Source of the DNA: Eledone cirrhosa | Taxonomy: Eukaryota | Direction of reading: 5' to 3' | DNA: 64,000 nt | Assembly: GCA_964016885.1 (NCBI GenBank) | Contig: OZ024756.1 | Coordinates: forward strand, 9,424,001 to 9,488,000 | Shown here: positions 14,100 through 27,296 of the stretch, in pieces | Numbering within the stretch: the stretch's first letter is position 1 | How the letters are laid out: every line of letters starts with the position of its first letter | Program-made: the position numbers and the translations under genes | The notes under the pieces: model-generated | What the model was told of the DNA's origin: nothing | Seen by the model: only the letters and a program-made list of their open reading frames with translations | The model's database searches: none

Positions 14100-14943
14100 C
14101 TCCGTAAAAACACTTATTAGCAAGACGTACCCGTTCCAAAGACCCTCATGTATAGATAAGAAATGTATAACCTGTAAAATAAGCCCCCATATTAACTGTA
14201 AAACTAGAAATGTAGTGTATAGCATAAGATGTACAGAAGGACAATGTAGAAACAAAAATATAGTGTACATAGGTGAGACAGCTCGTAGTATAGGGGAACG
14301 AATAAATGAACACTGGCGAGACCTTCAAGATAATAAAGAATCATCTGTGCTCTACCAACATGCTAAGATAGAGCACAAGGGTAAATTAGAGAACATAGAA
14401 ATAAAAATAGAATCCACACACAGAAAAGATGCAATGTTTAGGCAAATTACAGAGGCAGTAAGCATAAAAGAATTACAACCAAAATTAAATAGAGAATATG
14501 AGTGGAACAGCAACATCACAACTTACAATTAAGGACAAAATGAAAACACACACACACATAGAACAAACAACCAACCAACAACATGTAAATAAATAAATAA
14601 ACAAATAAATAAATGAACACAAACACACACAGACACCCGGATGTGGCGCATGCCCAAACTGAGCACACAACACACACACAGAAACAAAATGGCGTAGGAC
14701 AGAAGAAAGGAAAGGCACAGAAACAAAGAAAGGAATCCCCAGTCACTGAAGAGGTCACAGAGTGTGTGACGAAAGGACTATGACAATATATAAACAACTA
14801 TCTGGTTGTGGAACCAACCAACCAACCAGAAATTTATAAGTTTGTAGATTTGTAAATTTATAAATTTATAAATATATAATAAATTGAAGTGAAAGCAACT
14901 GGTGCGTGTGTTTCTTATTGGCAACATGACCCTCCCAAAGTAT

Positions 14944-14950
<7 letters not shown>
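14100..14950 (+). mobile_element. Penelope-like 3' fragment (GIY-YIG + 3'UTR)
   Basis: CKTRNVVYSIRC..VYIGETARSIGERINEH..SVLYQH..RQITEAVSI..PKLN. Related copies lie at 25740-26640 (-) and 62420-62675 (-). Confidence 0.9.
14742..14784 (+). ncRNA. Minimal hammerhead motif in a Penelope-like 3'UTR
   Basis: GTCA CTGAAGA G-GTCAC..GTGAC GAAAG GA CTA TGAC; related motifs on the minus strand at ~62570-62613 and ~25936-25978. Confidence 0.7.
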
Positions 14951-15037
<87 letters not shown>

Positions 15038-15107
15038 TATATATATATATATATATATTATATATATTATATATATATATGCGTGTATATTTCTATATAA
15101 ATATATA

Positions 15108-15360
15108 AGGCCACATGTGGCCTTGTGGTAAGAGTGGGCTCGATTCCTGGGCTGCGTGTTGTGTTCTTGAGCAAAACACTTCATTTCACGTTGCTCCAGT
15201 TTACTCAGCTGAAAATGAGTACCAGCAATAGCTGGAGGTTTAACCCTGCGATGGACTGGCGTCCTGTCCAGGGGGTAGTCTTGTACTCTCAGTCGCTTCC
15301 CGCCATGAAACCGGGATAAGCACCAGCCAAATGAGCCTTCTGGCTTAAGACAGACTTTAG
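15108..15360 (+). mobile_element. tRNA-derived SINE with a V/Meta-type central domain
   Basis: TGGCCTTGTGGTAAG..GGCTCGATTCC head; one copy of the 45-bp segment; AACCCTGCGATGGACTGGCGTCCTGTCCAGGGGG. Confidence 0.75.
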
Positions 15361-15469
15361 ACTTTTTTTTTAGACATATATTATGCCTTTATATACAGAC
15401 GTCTACATCCATATTTGGATAGGTGTGTGTGGTTTAAATGATGGATAGGTTGTTTACATAATGTCAGGT

Positions 15470-16620
<1,151 letters not shown>

Positions 16621-16819
16621 TATGTACTAATAACAAATTCATATTTTAAGTCTATATTCGAAGATTTCTAAAAATAAGATGTAATAAAGAATCTATAAAT
16701 AGGTTTAGGCTGTATCGATATAATATCAATTACCAGTTATATAGACAAACATTTGTTGTTCGATCATCAGTGTTCCGCATAAGACAATGAGGGATTACTG
16801 TTTCAATACTACTGGTTCT

Positions 16820-18165
16820 GATGAGGTATTCCGTCGGTTAGGACGACGAGTGTTTCAGTTGCTCCGATCAACGGAACAGCCTGTTTGTGAAATTAATGTG
16901 CAAGTGGTTGAGCATTCCACAGACAAGCGTACACTTAACGTAGTTCTCAGGGAGATTCAGCGTGACACAGAATGTGACAAGGCTGACCCTTCAAACTACA
17001 GATACAACTCAATGTTGCCAGCTGAGTAGACTGGGGTAACATGAAATAAAATGTCTTGCTCAAGGACAGTGGACTGGAGCAACGTGAAATAAAATGTCTT
17101 GCTCAAGGACACAGTAAACTGGAGCAACGTGAAATAAAGTGTCTTGCTCAAGGACACAGTGGACTGGAGCAACGTGAAATAAAGTGTCTTGGTCAAGGAC
17201 AGTAAACTGGAGCAACGGGAAATAAAATGTCTTGCTCAAGGACACAGTGGACTGGAGCAACGTGAAAAAAGTGTCTTGCTCAAGGACACAGTAAACTGAA
17301 GCAACGTGAAATAAAGTGTCTTGCTCAAGGACACAGTAGACTGAAGCAACGTGTAATAAAATGTCTTGCTCAATGACACAGTGGACTGGAGCAACGTGAA
17401 ATAAAGTGTCTTGCTCAAGGACACAGTAAACTGAAGCAACGTGAAATAAAGCGTCTTGCTCAAGGACACAGTAAACTGAAGCAACGTGAAATAAAGTGTC
17501 TTGCTCAAGGACACAGTAAACTGAAGCAACGTGAAATAAAGTGTCTTGCTCAAGGACACAGTAAACTGAAGCAACGTGTAATAAAATGTCTTGCTCAAGG
17601 ACAGTGGACTGGAGCAAGGTGAAATAAAGAGTCTTGCTCAAGGACACAGTGGACTGGAGCAACGTGAAATAAAGAGTCTTGCTCAAGGACACAGTGGACT
17701 GGAGCAACGTGAAATAAAATGTCTTGCTCAAGGACACAGTAAACTGAAGCAACGTGAAATAAAGTGTCTTGCTCAAGGACACAGTAAACTGAAGCAACGT
17801 GTAATAAAATGTCTTGCTCAAGGACAGTGGACTGGAGCAAGGTGAAATAAAGAGTCTTGCTCAAGGACACAGTGGACTGGAGCAACGTGAAATAAAGAGT
17901 CTTGCTCAAGGACACAGTGGACTGGAGCAACGTGAAATAAAATGTCTTGCTCAAGGACACAGTAAACTGGAGCAACGTGTAATAAAGTGTCTTGCTCAAG
18001 GACACAGTGGACTGGAACAACGTGAAATAAAGTGTCTTGTTCAAGGACACAGTGGACTGGAGCAACGTGAGATAAAGTCTTGCTCAAGGACACAACGTAA
18101 CCCCGGGAATCAAACTCACGACCTTACAATTGTAAACCGAATGCCCTAACCACAAAGCCACGTGC
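16820..18165 (-). mobile_element. tRNA-derived SINE with an internal 45-bp tandem expansion
   Basis: Minus-strand head GGCACGTGGCTTTGTGGTTAGG..GAGTTTGATTCCC (A/B-box-like). The body segment TGTGTCCTTGAGCAAGACACTTTATTTCACGTTGCTCCAGTCCAC is amplified; the 3' body occupies 16820-17025. Confidence 0.8.
17025..18095. repeat. 45-bp minisatellite (~24 units, some 43-44 bp) derived from a SINE body
   Basis: Unit GTGGACTGGAGCAACGTGAAATAAAGTGTCTTGCTCAAGGACACA. Confidence 0.95.
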
Positions 18166-18331
18166 CATCACAATTGGTTCTACCCACGTACATATGTACT
18201 TTAACTTGTATTTTAAAATATTCTTGGGTCCTTAATAATAGGGACCGGGCATTATTCGAGACTCGAGAGTGCACAGCAATAAATTTGGGTTCACGCTGTC
18301 CTTATATTATTCCAGTAAACCTTACAAGTGA

Positions 18332-18450
18332 AGGTGCGTGGCTTAGTCGTTAGAGAATTGGGTTTACAACCGTGAGGTTGCGAGTTAAATTCGCGGACCG
18401 AACGTGGCATTATGTCCTTGAGCAAGACACTTTATTTCCCGTTGCTCTTC
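18332..18450 (+). mobile_element. SINE 5' fragment
   Basis: GGTGCGTGGCTTAGTCGTTAG..GAGTTAAATTC..TGTCCTTGAGCAAGACACTTTATTT. Confidence 0.7.
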
Positions 18451-18734
18451 CTGCCAGGAGTTGTGATCAGTAGATAGTATCAGCAATGGAAACATTTTTT
18501 TCCTTGGTCCAATTCAAGGAGTTCTATTCAATTCAGTAAACGCAAGAAGACTGGCATCAATTCGCCTCTTAACATTGGCCCCTGGTCTTTGATATAGTCG
18601 AGAACTACATATGGAGAATAATATGACCCCAGAATTTAAAATGACCCCTTGCAGATAAGACTTTCAAAGGTAAATGAATAACTTAAACAACGAGTATAAT
18701 GAAGCAAAGTAATATCTTAGACTTGTCTAATTGA

Positions 18735-19380
18735 TTAACCCTTTAGCATTTACATTACTCTTGGTTTACTATTGTATTTTCACAGTAAAGGCTTTACCTC
18801 ACATAATATCTCACATAACATTTACATTACTCTATACATACTATTGTATTTTCACAGTAAAGGCTTTACCTCGCATAATATCTCACATAACATTTACATT
18901 ACTCTATATTTACTATTGTATTTTCACAGTAAAGGCTTTACCTCGCATAATATCTCACATAACATTTACATTACTCTATATTTACTATTGTATTTTCACA
19001 GTAAAGTCTTTACCTCACATAATATCTCACATAACATTTACATTACTCTATACATACTATTGTATTTTCACAGTAAAGTCTTTACCTCACATAATATCTT
19101 ACATAACATTTACATTACTCTATATATACTATTGTATTTTCACAGTAAAGGCTTTACCTCACATAATATCTCACATAGCATTTACATTACTCTAGATATA
19201 CTATTGTATTTTCACGGTAAACACTTTATTTCACATAATATCGAATCTTCGAGATTTTGATATTATTTATTTTAAGAACGATACCTTAACGTCAGTATGA
19301 GTTACAGCCGGTTGAGAGAATTCAGAAAGAGTTGAGAGAATTCTGGTCATATATGGCCTGTTTAAACGCTAAAGCGTTAA
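18735..19380 (+). mobile_element. Complete TTAA-flanked piggyBac-type MITE with 6 amplified 72-bp internal units
   Basis: TTAA at 18735-38 and 19377-80. The left terminus CCCTTTAGCATTTA matches the reverse complement of the right terminus (CGCTTTAGCGTTTA) at 12/14. The 72-bp units span 18757-19188. Confidence 0.85.
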
Positions 19381-19619
19381 AGGAGGGTGTCTTCAGTTAA
19401 GTCCGTTCTGTGTCACCTCTCACACTATTTTCGGTGACCCTTAAAAGAATCATTGGCCTTGACTTTCCTCCAGTCTAATCGATTAAAGAAAGGTGGCTTT
19501 AGTTCAATTATTCAGATCAAGTCTTCGGTGAGAACATACCATTGTTTCTATCCCTGACACTGTTGTCGGAGGTACTTAAAAGAGTAATTAGCCTTGACCT
19601 TTTTCTAAACTAAGTAATT

Positions 19620-19890
19620 AAATTGAGAGATCACAGCTCCGATACTATGGACATGTGGTTAGAATGTCTGAGGAAAGAATCAGTGGACAGATTTTATGGG
19701 CAAACCAACCAACAGGAGAGCAAAGGGGGGAAACCCCGACCAAGGTGGTTGGATAACATCCATGAGCTTGGCTGGTCTCGCTTGGGGATCCAGCCGGATA
19801 CGGTGGAGACGGTTGCTTCTGACAGGACCTGCAGGAAGGAGTGTTTGAGGACTTTACCCCCAACGACCTTCTCAGGAATAAGTGGACGAC
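19620..19890 (+). mobile_element. RTE 3' fragment ending in a (GAA)n tail
   Basis: Homologous to 11260-11493; ends AGGAATAAGTGGACGACGAAGAAG. Confidence 0.8.
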
Positions 19891-20117
19891 GAAGAAGAAG
19901 AAAAAGAAAAAGAAAAAGAAAAAGAAAAAGAAAAAGAAAAAGAAAAAGAAAAAGAAAAAGAAAAAGAAAAAGAAAAAGAAAAAGAAAAAGAAAAAGAAAA
20001 AGAAAAAAAACGAAAAAGAAAACGAAAAAAGAAGAAAAAATAATAACAAGAAGAAAAAAGAAAAAGAAGACGGAGGAGGAGGAGGAAGAAGAAGAAGAAG
20101 AAGAAGAAGAAGAAGGA

Positions 20118-20148
<31 letters not shown>

Positions 20149-20159
20149 AAGAAGAAGGA

Positions 20160-20190
<31 letters not shown>

Positions 20191-20307
20191 AAGATGAAGA
20201 AGAAGAAGGAGAAGAAGAAGAAGGAGAAGGAGAAGAAGAAGAAGAAGAAGAAGAAGAAGAAGAAGGTGAAGAAGAAGAAGAAGACGAAAAAGAAGAAGAA
20301 GAAGAAG

Positions 20308-20337
<30 letters not shown>
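19890..20337. repeat. (GAAAAA)n/(GAA)n microsatellite
   Basis: Seen directly; follows the RTE 3' end. Confidence 0.95.
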
Positions 20338-20338
<1 letters not shown>

Positions 20339-20449
20339 TAAAGCTGTCTATTCTGCCATAACCATCTGTTGTAGTATTAGTTGTAGTTACACGGTTATTT
20401 CATCATTTATCCGTTCACTAATAATCTATCATTTAGAACCTAACCAATT

Positions 20450-20990
20450 GGTAATCTAATCAATGACAGGTAATCTAATCAATGAGAGGTAATCTAATCG
20501 ATGAGAGGTAATCTAATCAATGACAGGTAATCTAATCAATGAGAGGTAATCTAATCAATGAGAGGTAATCTAATCGACGAGAGGTAATCTAATCAATGAG
20601 AGGTAATCTAATCGATGAGAGGTAATTTAATCAATGAGAGGTAATCTAATCAATGAGAGATAATCTAATCAATGAGAGGTAATCTAATCAATGGGAGGTA
20701 ATCTAATCAATGAGAGGTAATCTAATCAATGAGAGGTAATCTAATCGACGAGAGGTAATCTAATCAATGAGAAGTAATCTAATCGATGAGAGGTAATCAA
20801 ATCAATGAGAGGTAATCTAATCAATGAGAGGTAATCTAATCGACGAGAGGTAATCTAATCAATGAGAGGTAATCTAATCGATGAGAGGTAATCTAATCGA
20901 TGAGAGGTAATCTAATCAATGAGGGGTAATCTAATAAATGAGATATTCGTAATCTAATCGATGAGATATTGGTAATCTAATCGATGAGAG
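20450..20990. repeat. 19-bp minisatellite, ~28 units
   Basis: Unit GGTAATCTAATCAATGAGA. Confidence 0.95.
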
Positions 20991-21201
20991 GGAAATACGA
21001 TTCCTGTCCAGATATTGGTAAATACGATTCCTGGCCAGATTAGACAACAATATATAATTGGTTACTTTACATGATCTTCGATTATTAAAGGAGTTTAATT
21101 GATTTATTTATGGAAACGATTAAAAGATATAATCACCAGAGAACCATGGAATGGTTGTTTCTAGACAACCTAAGAATGGTGACCTGAGATGTCACTTATA
21201 G

Positions 21202-21276
<75 letters not shown>

Positions 21277-21755
21277 AACAGTAGCAGCAGCAGCAACAAC
21301 AACAGCAACAACAGCAACATCACCACCACACGGTGGTGGTGGTGGTGTTGGTGGTGGTGGTGCTGGTGGTGGTGGTGGTGCTGGTGATGGTGGTGGTGGT
21401 GGTTGTACTGGTGATGGTGGTGTTGGTGGTGGTGGTGGTGGTGTTGGTGTTAGTGGTGGTGGTGGTGGTGTTAGTGCTGGTGGTGGTGCTGCTGGTGGTG
21501 GTGGTGGTGTTGGTGGTGGTGGTGGTGGTGGTGGTGGTGTTGGTGTTGGTGGTAGTAGTGGTAGTGGTAGTAGTGGTGGTAGTAGTGGTAGTGGTAGTAG
21601 TAGTGGTAGTAGTGGTAGTTATAGTAGTGGTAGTAGTGGTGGTAGTAGTGGTAGTGGTAGTAGTAGTGGTAGTAGTAGTAGTAGTAGTGGTGGTGTTGGT
21701 GGTAGTGGTAGTGGTAGTGGTAGTGGTGGTAGTAGTAGTAGTAGTGGTGGTGGTG
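21202..21755. repeat. (AAC)n followed by (GGT/AGT)n microsatellite
   Basis: Seen directly. Confidence 0.95.
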
Positions 21756-22664
21756 CTTATTAATGAAAATAGTTTGCTCCACTGTCAGAGGAAAACTTTA
21801 CTAAACAAACAATGTCTTGTGCAACGCAAAAATTCTGATCATTTGAAAGTTATTGTATGTTTTGTTCTCTTTTTTATTCTCTCTTCCTCTCTCTTCCTCT
21901 CCCTCTCTCTCTTTCTCCCTCTCTTTCCCTCTCCCCCCTCTCTCTCTCCCTGATAATTATATAAATCTCTGTGATCTCTCACGCTCTTTGATATCTGTCT
22001 CTCTCTCTCTCTCTGATCTCCCTTTTTCTCTAATCTCCTCTCTCTGATTTCGCTCTCTGATATATCTCTCCCTGATCTCCATCGCTCTAATATTTGTCTC
22101 TCATCTCCCCTCTCTCTAATCTCCCTCTCCCCTTCTCTCTCTAATGTCTTTCTTTCTCTCTCTGATATTTCTTTTGTTTGTGACGTTATTTAGTTGAAAC
22201 AAAGCTTCCGGCGGAACTAAATCGTATTCCCATTTCAATCGCCCCAGTTAATATTATACTTCAACCCCACCACAACTCATCGAACACTATATAAAATATG
22301 AAGCATATATATTTCATATCCATCACAACCTTTATGACAAACAGATATTTAACATCTACCGCCCATCCAGCCCATCCAGCCCACCACCTCTGTATATCAA
22401 CAGGGCTGATCACACATGGACGAATATCTTTGATCTCGACAATCCAAGTATTTGACAGTACAATACGTCGTTCCTTTTATTGATTCTCTACAGTAGTTTA
22501 GCTATAAAAATATGTATCCATATCTAGAGGCCTAGACACGGAGCTATTTTCCTCTCAGTATTCCACTTGCATCGATAAAACGTTAGGATAGGAAAATACT
22601 TGAATATTTCGGAAGCAACCGCTCCATTTTCGAACAAATATGGAGTATTTGCGTCTAATAGCTG

Positions 22665-23105
22665 TTATTCGTGCTAACACTTACCTATAGTCATGAATCT
22701 TGGGTAATGACCGAAAGAATGCGATCACGAATTCAAGTGGCCGAAATGGGTTTTATTCGAAAGGTCTTTGGAGTAACGTTACTCGATAGAGTGTGTAGCT
22801 CAGAGATGAGAGAGTCACTCCAGGTAGAGCTGCTACTTCTCTGAATTGAGAGATCACAGCTCCGATACTATGGACATATTCTTTAGAATGTCTCGCTGGA
22901 CAGATTTTACAGGCAAAACCAACCGACAGGAGACCCAGAGGTAGACCTCGAGCAAGATGGTTGGATAACATCCATGAGCTTGGCTCGTCTCGCTTGGGGA
23001 TCCAGCTGGACAGTTAGAGATGGTTGCTTCGCACAGGACCTGCTGGGGGGGGGGGGAGTGTGTGAGGACTCTGTCCCCCACGACCCTATCAGGAATAAGT
23101 GGGCG
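22665..23105 (+). mobile_element. RTE 3' fragment ending in a (GAA)n tail
   Basis: LTYSHESWVMTERMRSRIQVAEMG; ends AGGAATAAGTGGGCGAAGAAG. Confidence 0.85.
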
Positions 23106-24229
23106 AAGAAGAAGAAGAAGAAGAAGAAGAAGAAGAAAAAGAAAAAGAAAAAGAAAAAGAAGAAGAAGAAGAAGAAGAAGAAGAAGAAGAAGAAGAAGAA
23201 GAAGAAGAAGAAGATTTGGTTATTCCATGAGAGTATCTTGGTCAGTCTATGAAGGAGTGATGCTAGAGCTGTGAAATCATGCATGTATTAATTTCAACTT
23301 TTCTTATTAATAACTGCATTATTTCTTTCCAGGGACTATGTTGAAAAATAAATCTCATTTGTTCATTCCATGAGAGTATCTTGGTCAGCCTATGAACTTT
23401 TCAGTCTCAGAACCTTTCAGCCGACCTTCGTAAGAGAAAAGGGCAGTGAGACAGATGAGGAATGTTGCAGCCAGGTGCAACATTGGTAAGATTCTTTCTG
23501 TGTTATTTATGTGAAAGACACCTCCCGTGATATTTCACTATATTCTACAGATGTACACTTTAACATACAGATGTTTCACACCCGACATTATGCCATAAAC
23601 CGCAACAAATTCCCAATATGGGGAATAAAATACAATAGGTTAATTTACATCGTAGAAAAATAAAAATAAAAATCCGAATAAAATAAAATAAAAAAAAAAA
23701 AAAAAAAAAATAAAATAAAATAAAATAAAATAAAATAAAATAAAATAAAATAAAATAAAATAAAATAAAATAAAATAAAATGAGAACACTGAAATAGAAT
23801 CACAAAAAAAAATTTATTTTCGTTTTTATTTTGTTTTTCGTTTCCTGTCATAGTAATAGAATCTGAAAGATTGTCAGATTTAGAATTACTCCAAGTTAAG
23901 AAAGTTTTTTTGTTCTCCTCTGTTTTCCCCTCATTTCAAACAACACGTGTGTTTGTGTCTAAATATATATTTTTTTGTCGAAAACCCAATGAAAATAAGT
24001 GAAATTATATTCTTCATAGCTTTTAACAAGATATTCAATCTGAATTTTTTTTTGTATTTTCGTATTTTCGTATTTTTCCAGATGATTAAATGAAGAGCGT
24101 TGCTGTAAATGGCGGATATGTAAGAACTAGAAACATCTCACGTAGTCTGTGTTTATGACGCATAAGAATACAAGTGATGCGCTTAAATTTTGACAGGACA
24201 AAAGAAAACCATTCTGTAAACGGCTGCTA

Positions 24230-24372
24230 TTAACCCTTTACCATGTACATTACTCTATATTTACTACTGTATTTTCACGGTAAACACTTTATTTCACATG
24301 ATACCGAATCTACAAAATTTTGATATTATTTATTTTGAGAACAATACCTTAACATAAGTATGGGAAGCTAGT
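24230..24372 (+). mobile_element. Truncated copy of the same MITE with a single unamplified unit
   Basis: TTAACCCTTTACCATGTACATTACTCTATATTTACTACTGTATTTTCACGGTAAACACTTT..., continuing into sequence like 19215-19300. Confidence 0.75.
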
Positions 24373-24504
24373 TATGACCATTTTTTTTTTGTATTTTCTA
24401 TTTTCGTATTTTCCCAGCTGATTAAATGAAGAGCGTTGCTGTAAATGGCAGATATGTAAGAACTACAAAGAGCTCACGTAGTGTGTTTTTAAGAGACATA
24501 AAAG

Positions 24505-24718
24505 TCTTCTTCACCCACTTATTCCTGAGAGGATCGTGTGGGAAGAGTCCTCAAATACACCCACCAGCGGGTCCTGTTAGAAGCAAACGTCTGCAACTGA
24601 TCCGGCTGGATTCCCAAGCGTGACCAGCCAGGTTCGGGGTCTTCCCTTTGGTCTTCTACCTGTTGGTTTTGCCCGTAAAATCTGTCCAGCGATTCTTTCC
24701 TGGGACATTCTAACCACT
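24505..24718 (-). mobile_element. RTE 3' fragment
   Basis: Reverse complement of the same 3' end (CTTCTTCACCCACTTATTCCTGAGA). Confidence 0.8.
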
Positions 24719-25213
24719 GCCAAATATGTAAGTAAAAACTAATTTTTTCTCCATATTCTTATTATTCTTATTAATATGCAATTTAATTGCAATATACACT
24801 TACGTCGTTGAAAAAGCATATAAGCTGAAACCGGTACAATTAAATGCGGAAATTCCTATTTTGTAAATAAAAGTTTTGAGGTTATTCTGAGAGAAAATCC
24901 CTTTAGCATTTTCTACATTTTTTTCCTTTTTTAATATATATATATATGATTTTTGTTTTAGTTTCAGAAGATCCCGTTAAGGATTCTTTGCTTAAACTTT
25001 AATCTGTTATTTTAATAAATATTTGCTCTATGGTTTTTATATATTTGATATATATCTATCCTTATATCGAGCCCTATTTGGATTTTAGTCTTCACGTTTA
25101 TTATTATTACTATATATATGTATATATGATTGTATACACCCAGACACAAACACACATATATAGAAACATTGATCTGTGAAACTACACCACTACTACTAGT
25201 ACCTACATAGTGG

Positions 25214-25253
<40 letters not shown>

Positions 25254-25478
25254 GATATTAATAAATGGAAACTATATTTATAAAACCATATTTATTTCAT
25301 TATACATATTTCAGGGATACCACATTAAATTATGGTATGCCTTCATCAGACAAAATACAATATATAACAGTTTTACAAATAGGTTTGACGTACCCTTTAA
25401 AATACAACCATTTCTTTTGGAGGCTGTTGTATTTTAAAAGGTACGTCCAACCTATTTGTAAAACTGTTATATATTGTA

Positions 25479-25539
25479 TTTTGTCTGATGAAGGCATGCC
25501 ATAATTTAATGTGGTATCCCTGAAATATGTATAATGAAA
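25479..25539 (+). ncRNA. Hammerhead motif (mirror copy on minus strand at ~25293-25356)
   Basis: TTTTGT CTGATGA AGG..GCCATA..TGTGGT..CCT GAAAT ATGT ATA ATGAAA. Confidence 0.7.
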
Positions 25540-25739
25540 TAAATATGGTTTTATAAATATAGTTTCCATTTATTAATATCGTATATCTACTCCAAAAATT
25601 TGTCGAGTGCTTTATGTCGGTTATAAATATATTTACTTGTTGTATCCCAACAACTTTAAATAGAACTTTTGCATATATATATATATATATATATAGTTTT
25701 GCGAGGTTTTTGATATGAAATCGTGTGTCGAAACAAATA

Positions 25740-26183
25740 TTGTTATACTTGGGGAGGGTCATATTTGTGTAATATTGCCAGAATTAATAACAGAACACAC
25801 TCATTGTTTGGTTGATTTTCGCTTCTGTGTCTTTTATATCGGTTAATTTAATTTATTCAGTCCTCAATGTTGCCATTGACTGACCAACGGTCAAAAACAC
25901 AGATACAATATAGACACAAACACATATATATAGTTTATCAAAGTTCTTTCGTTGCACATCTGCAACATCGTCAGTGGTGCTATTGTTTCCTCCCGTTGTA
26001 TCGTATGTCTACGCCATCTTTATTTAGTCTGTTTATATATTTATTTCTTTGTTTTTTTTTGTCTTCTTTGCGCATGCGTTTGCGTGTGTGTATAGTGTTT
26101 GGGAACTGTGTATTGGTTAATGTATTCTATCTTTACTAGTGTGTGTTTATATGTGTTTGTTGTTATTGTGCTTGTGTATGTAT

Positions 26184-26214
<31 letters not shown>

Positions 26215-26640
26215 TACTTCTCTTAGGTCAGTCTTGTTTGTTTGGGTGTTTTTATTCCATTCATTTTTTCTGTTTAGCCTTGGCCTTCTAAGTTCTATAT
26301 CACTGGCCTCTCTGATTCGCCTATCTGCTGGGTCATTTCTATGTTTAGATATTATTCTAATTTCTATGTAGTCTATGTTACCGTCGTGTTGTTGTCTGGC
26401 ATGTTCGTATAGTACTGAACCGTTTTTTCGTCCTTTTAGTTCCCCCCAGTGTTGGCTACGAGCTGTCTCGCCTATGAATGTTGTTGTCATGTTTCTGCAA
26501 GTACCCTCTGTACATCTTATGCTATAGACTACGTTTCTAGTTTTACAGTTTATCCGGGGGTTTACCTTACATATGATACATTTCCTATTTGTACAGTGGG
26601 TTTTCTTAAAAGGGTAGCTTTTGCTGATCAGCCGTTAATA
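25740..26640 (-). mobile_element. Penelope-like 3' fragment related to 14100-14950
   Basis: FIGETARS..SVLYEHA..RRIREA..PRLN; shares the terminus ATGACCCTCCC..AAGTAT. Confidence 0.85.
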
Positions 26641-27001
26641 TGCATAAGGAAGGTATGTGCTTTCAGACGTTAAGTCATCTGGCAGGAAGGTGTACGTTGC
26701 TGACAATAGCTAATAGGCTTGAAACTAGTACAGCGTTCCTTTGTCAGTGTTGAACAAGTGAGCAACGATGGTTGCTGGACACTGTACGGCTTAATTCGGG
26801 ATGTTTGTTTGCAAACGCACCGAGCATTATAATAAATGTTCGGTGAGTCCATGCGTACATATATGTATGTGTGCATGTATATATATATATATATACATAC
26901 TACTGTGCGTCTGTATACATATATGTATGTACGTATACATACTTATATTTAAGTAACAGCCGTGCTAGGAGTGAAAAATGAAATTTCGTTTCATTTTTTC
27001 C

Positions 27002-27063
<62 letters not shown>

Positions 27064-27219
27064 CGAAGGAAGTGTGGTAAGGAACCAGGTGGACCATAAC
27101 GCACCAGAGTACTTGATACTTTGGGTAGCAGAGTCAATATATATATTGGGTTGTCAAGTATGAAATTTGGAGAAATTCGTTTTTATCTACAAATTTCTAC
27201 AAATTTTATACTTGACGAC

Positions 27220-27296
<77 letters not shown>

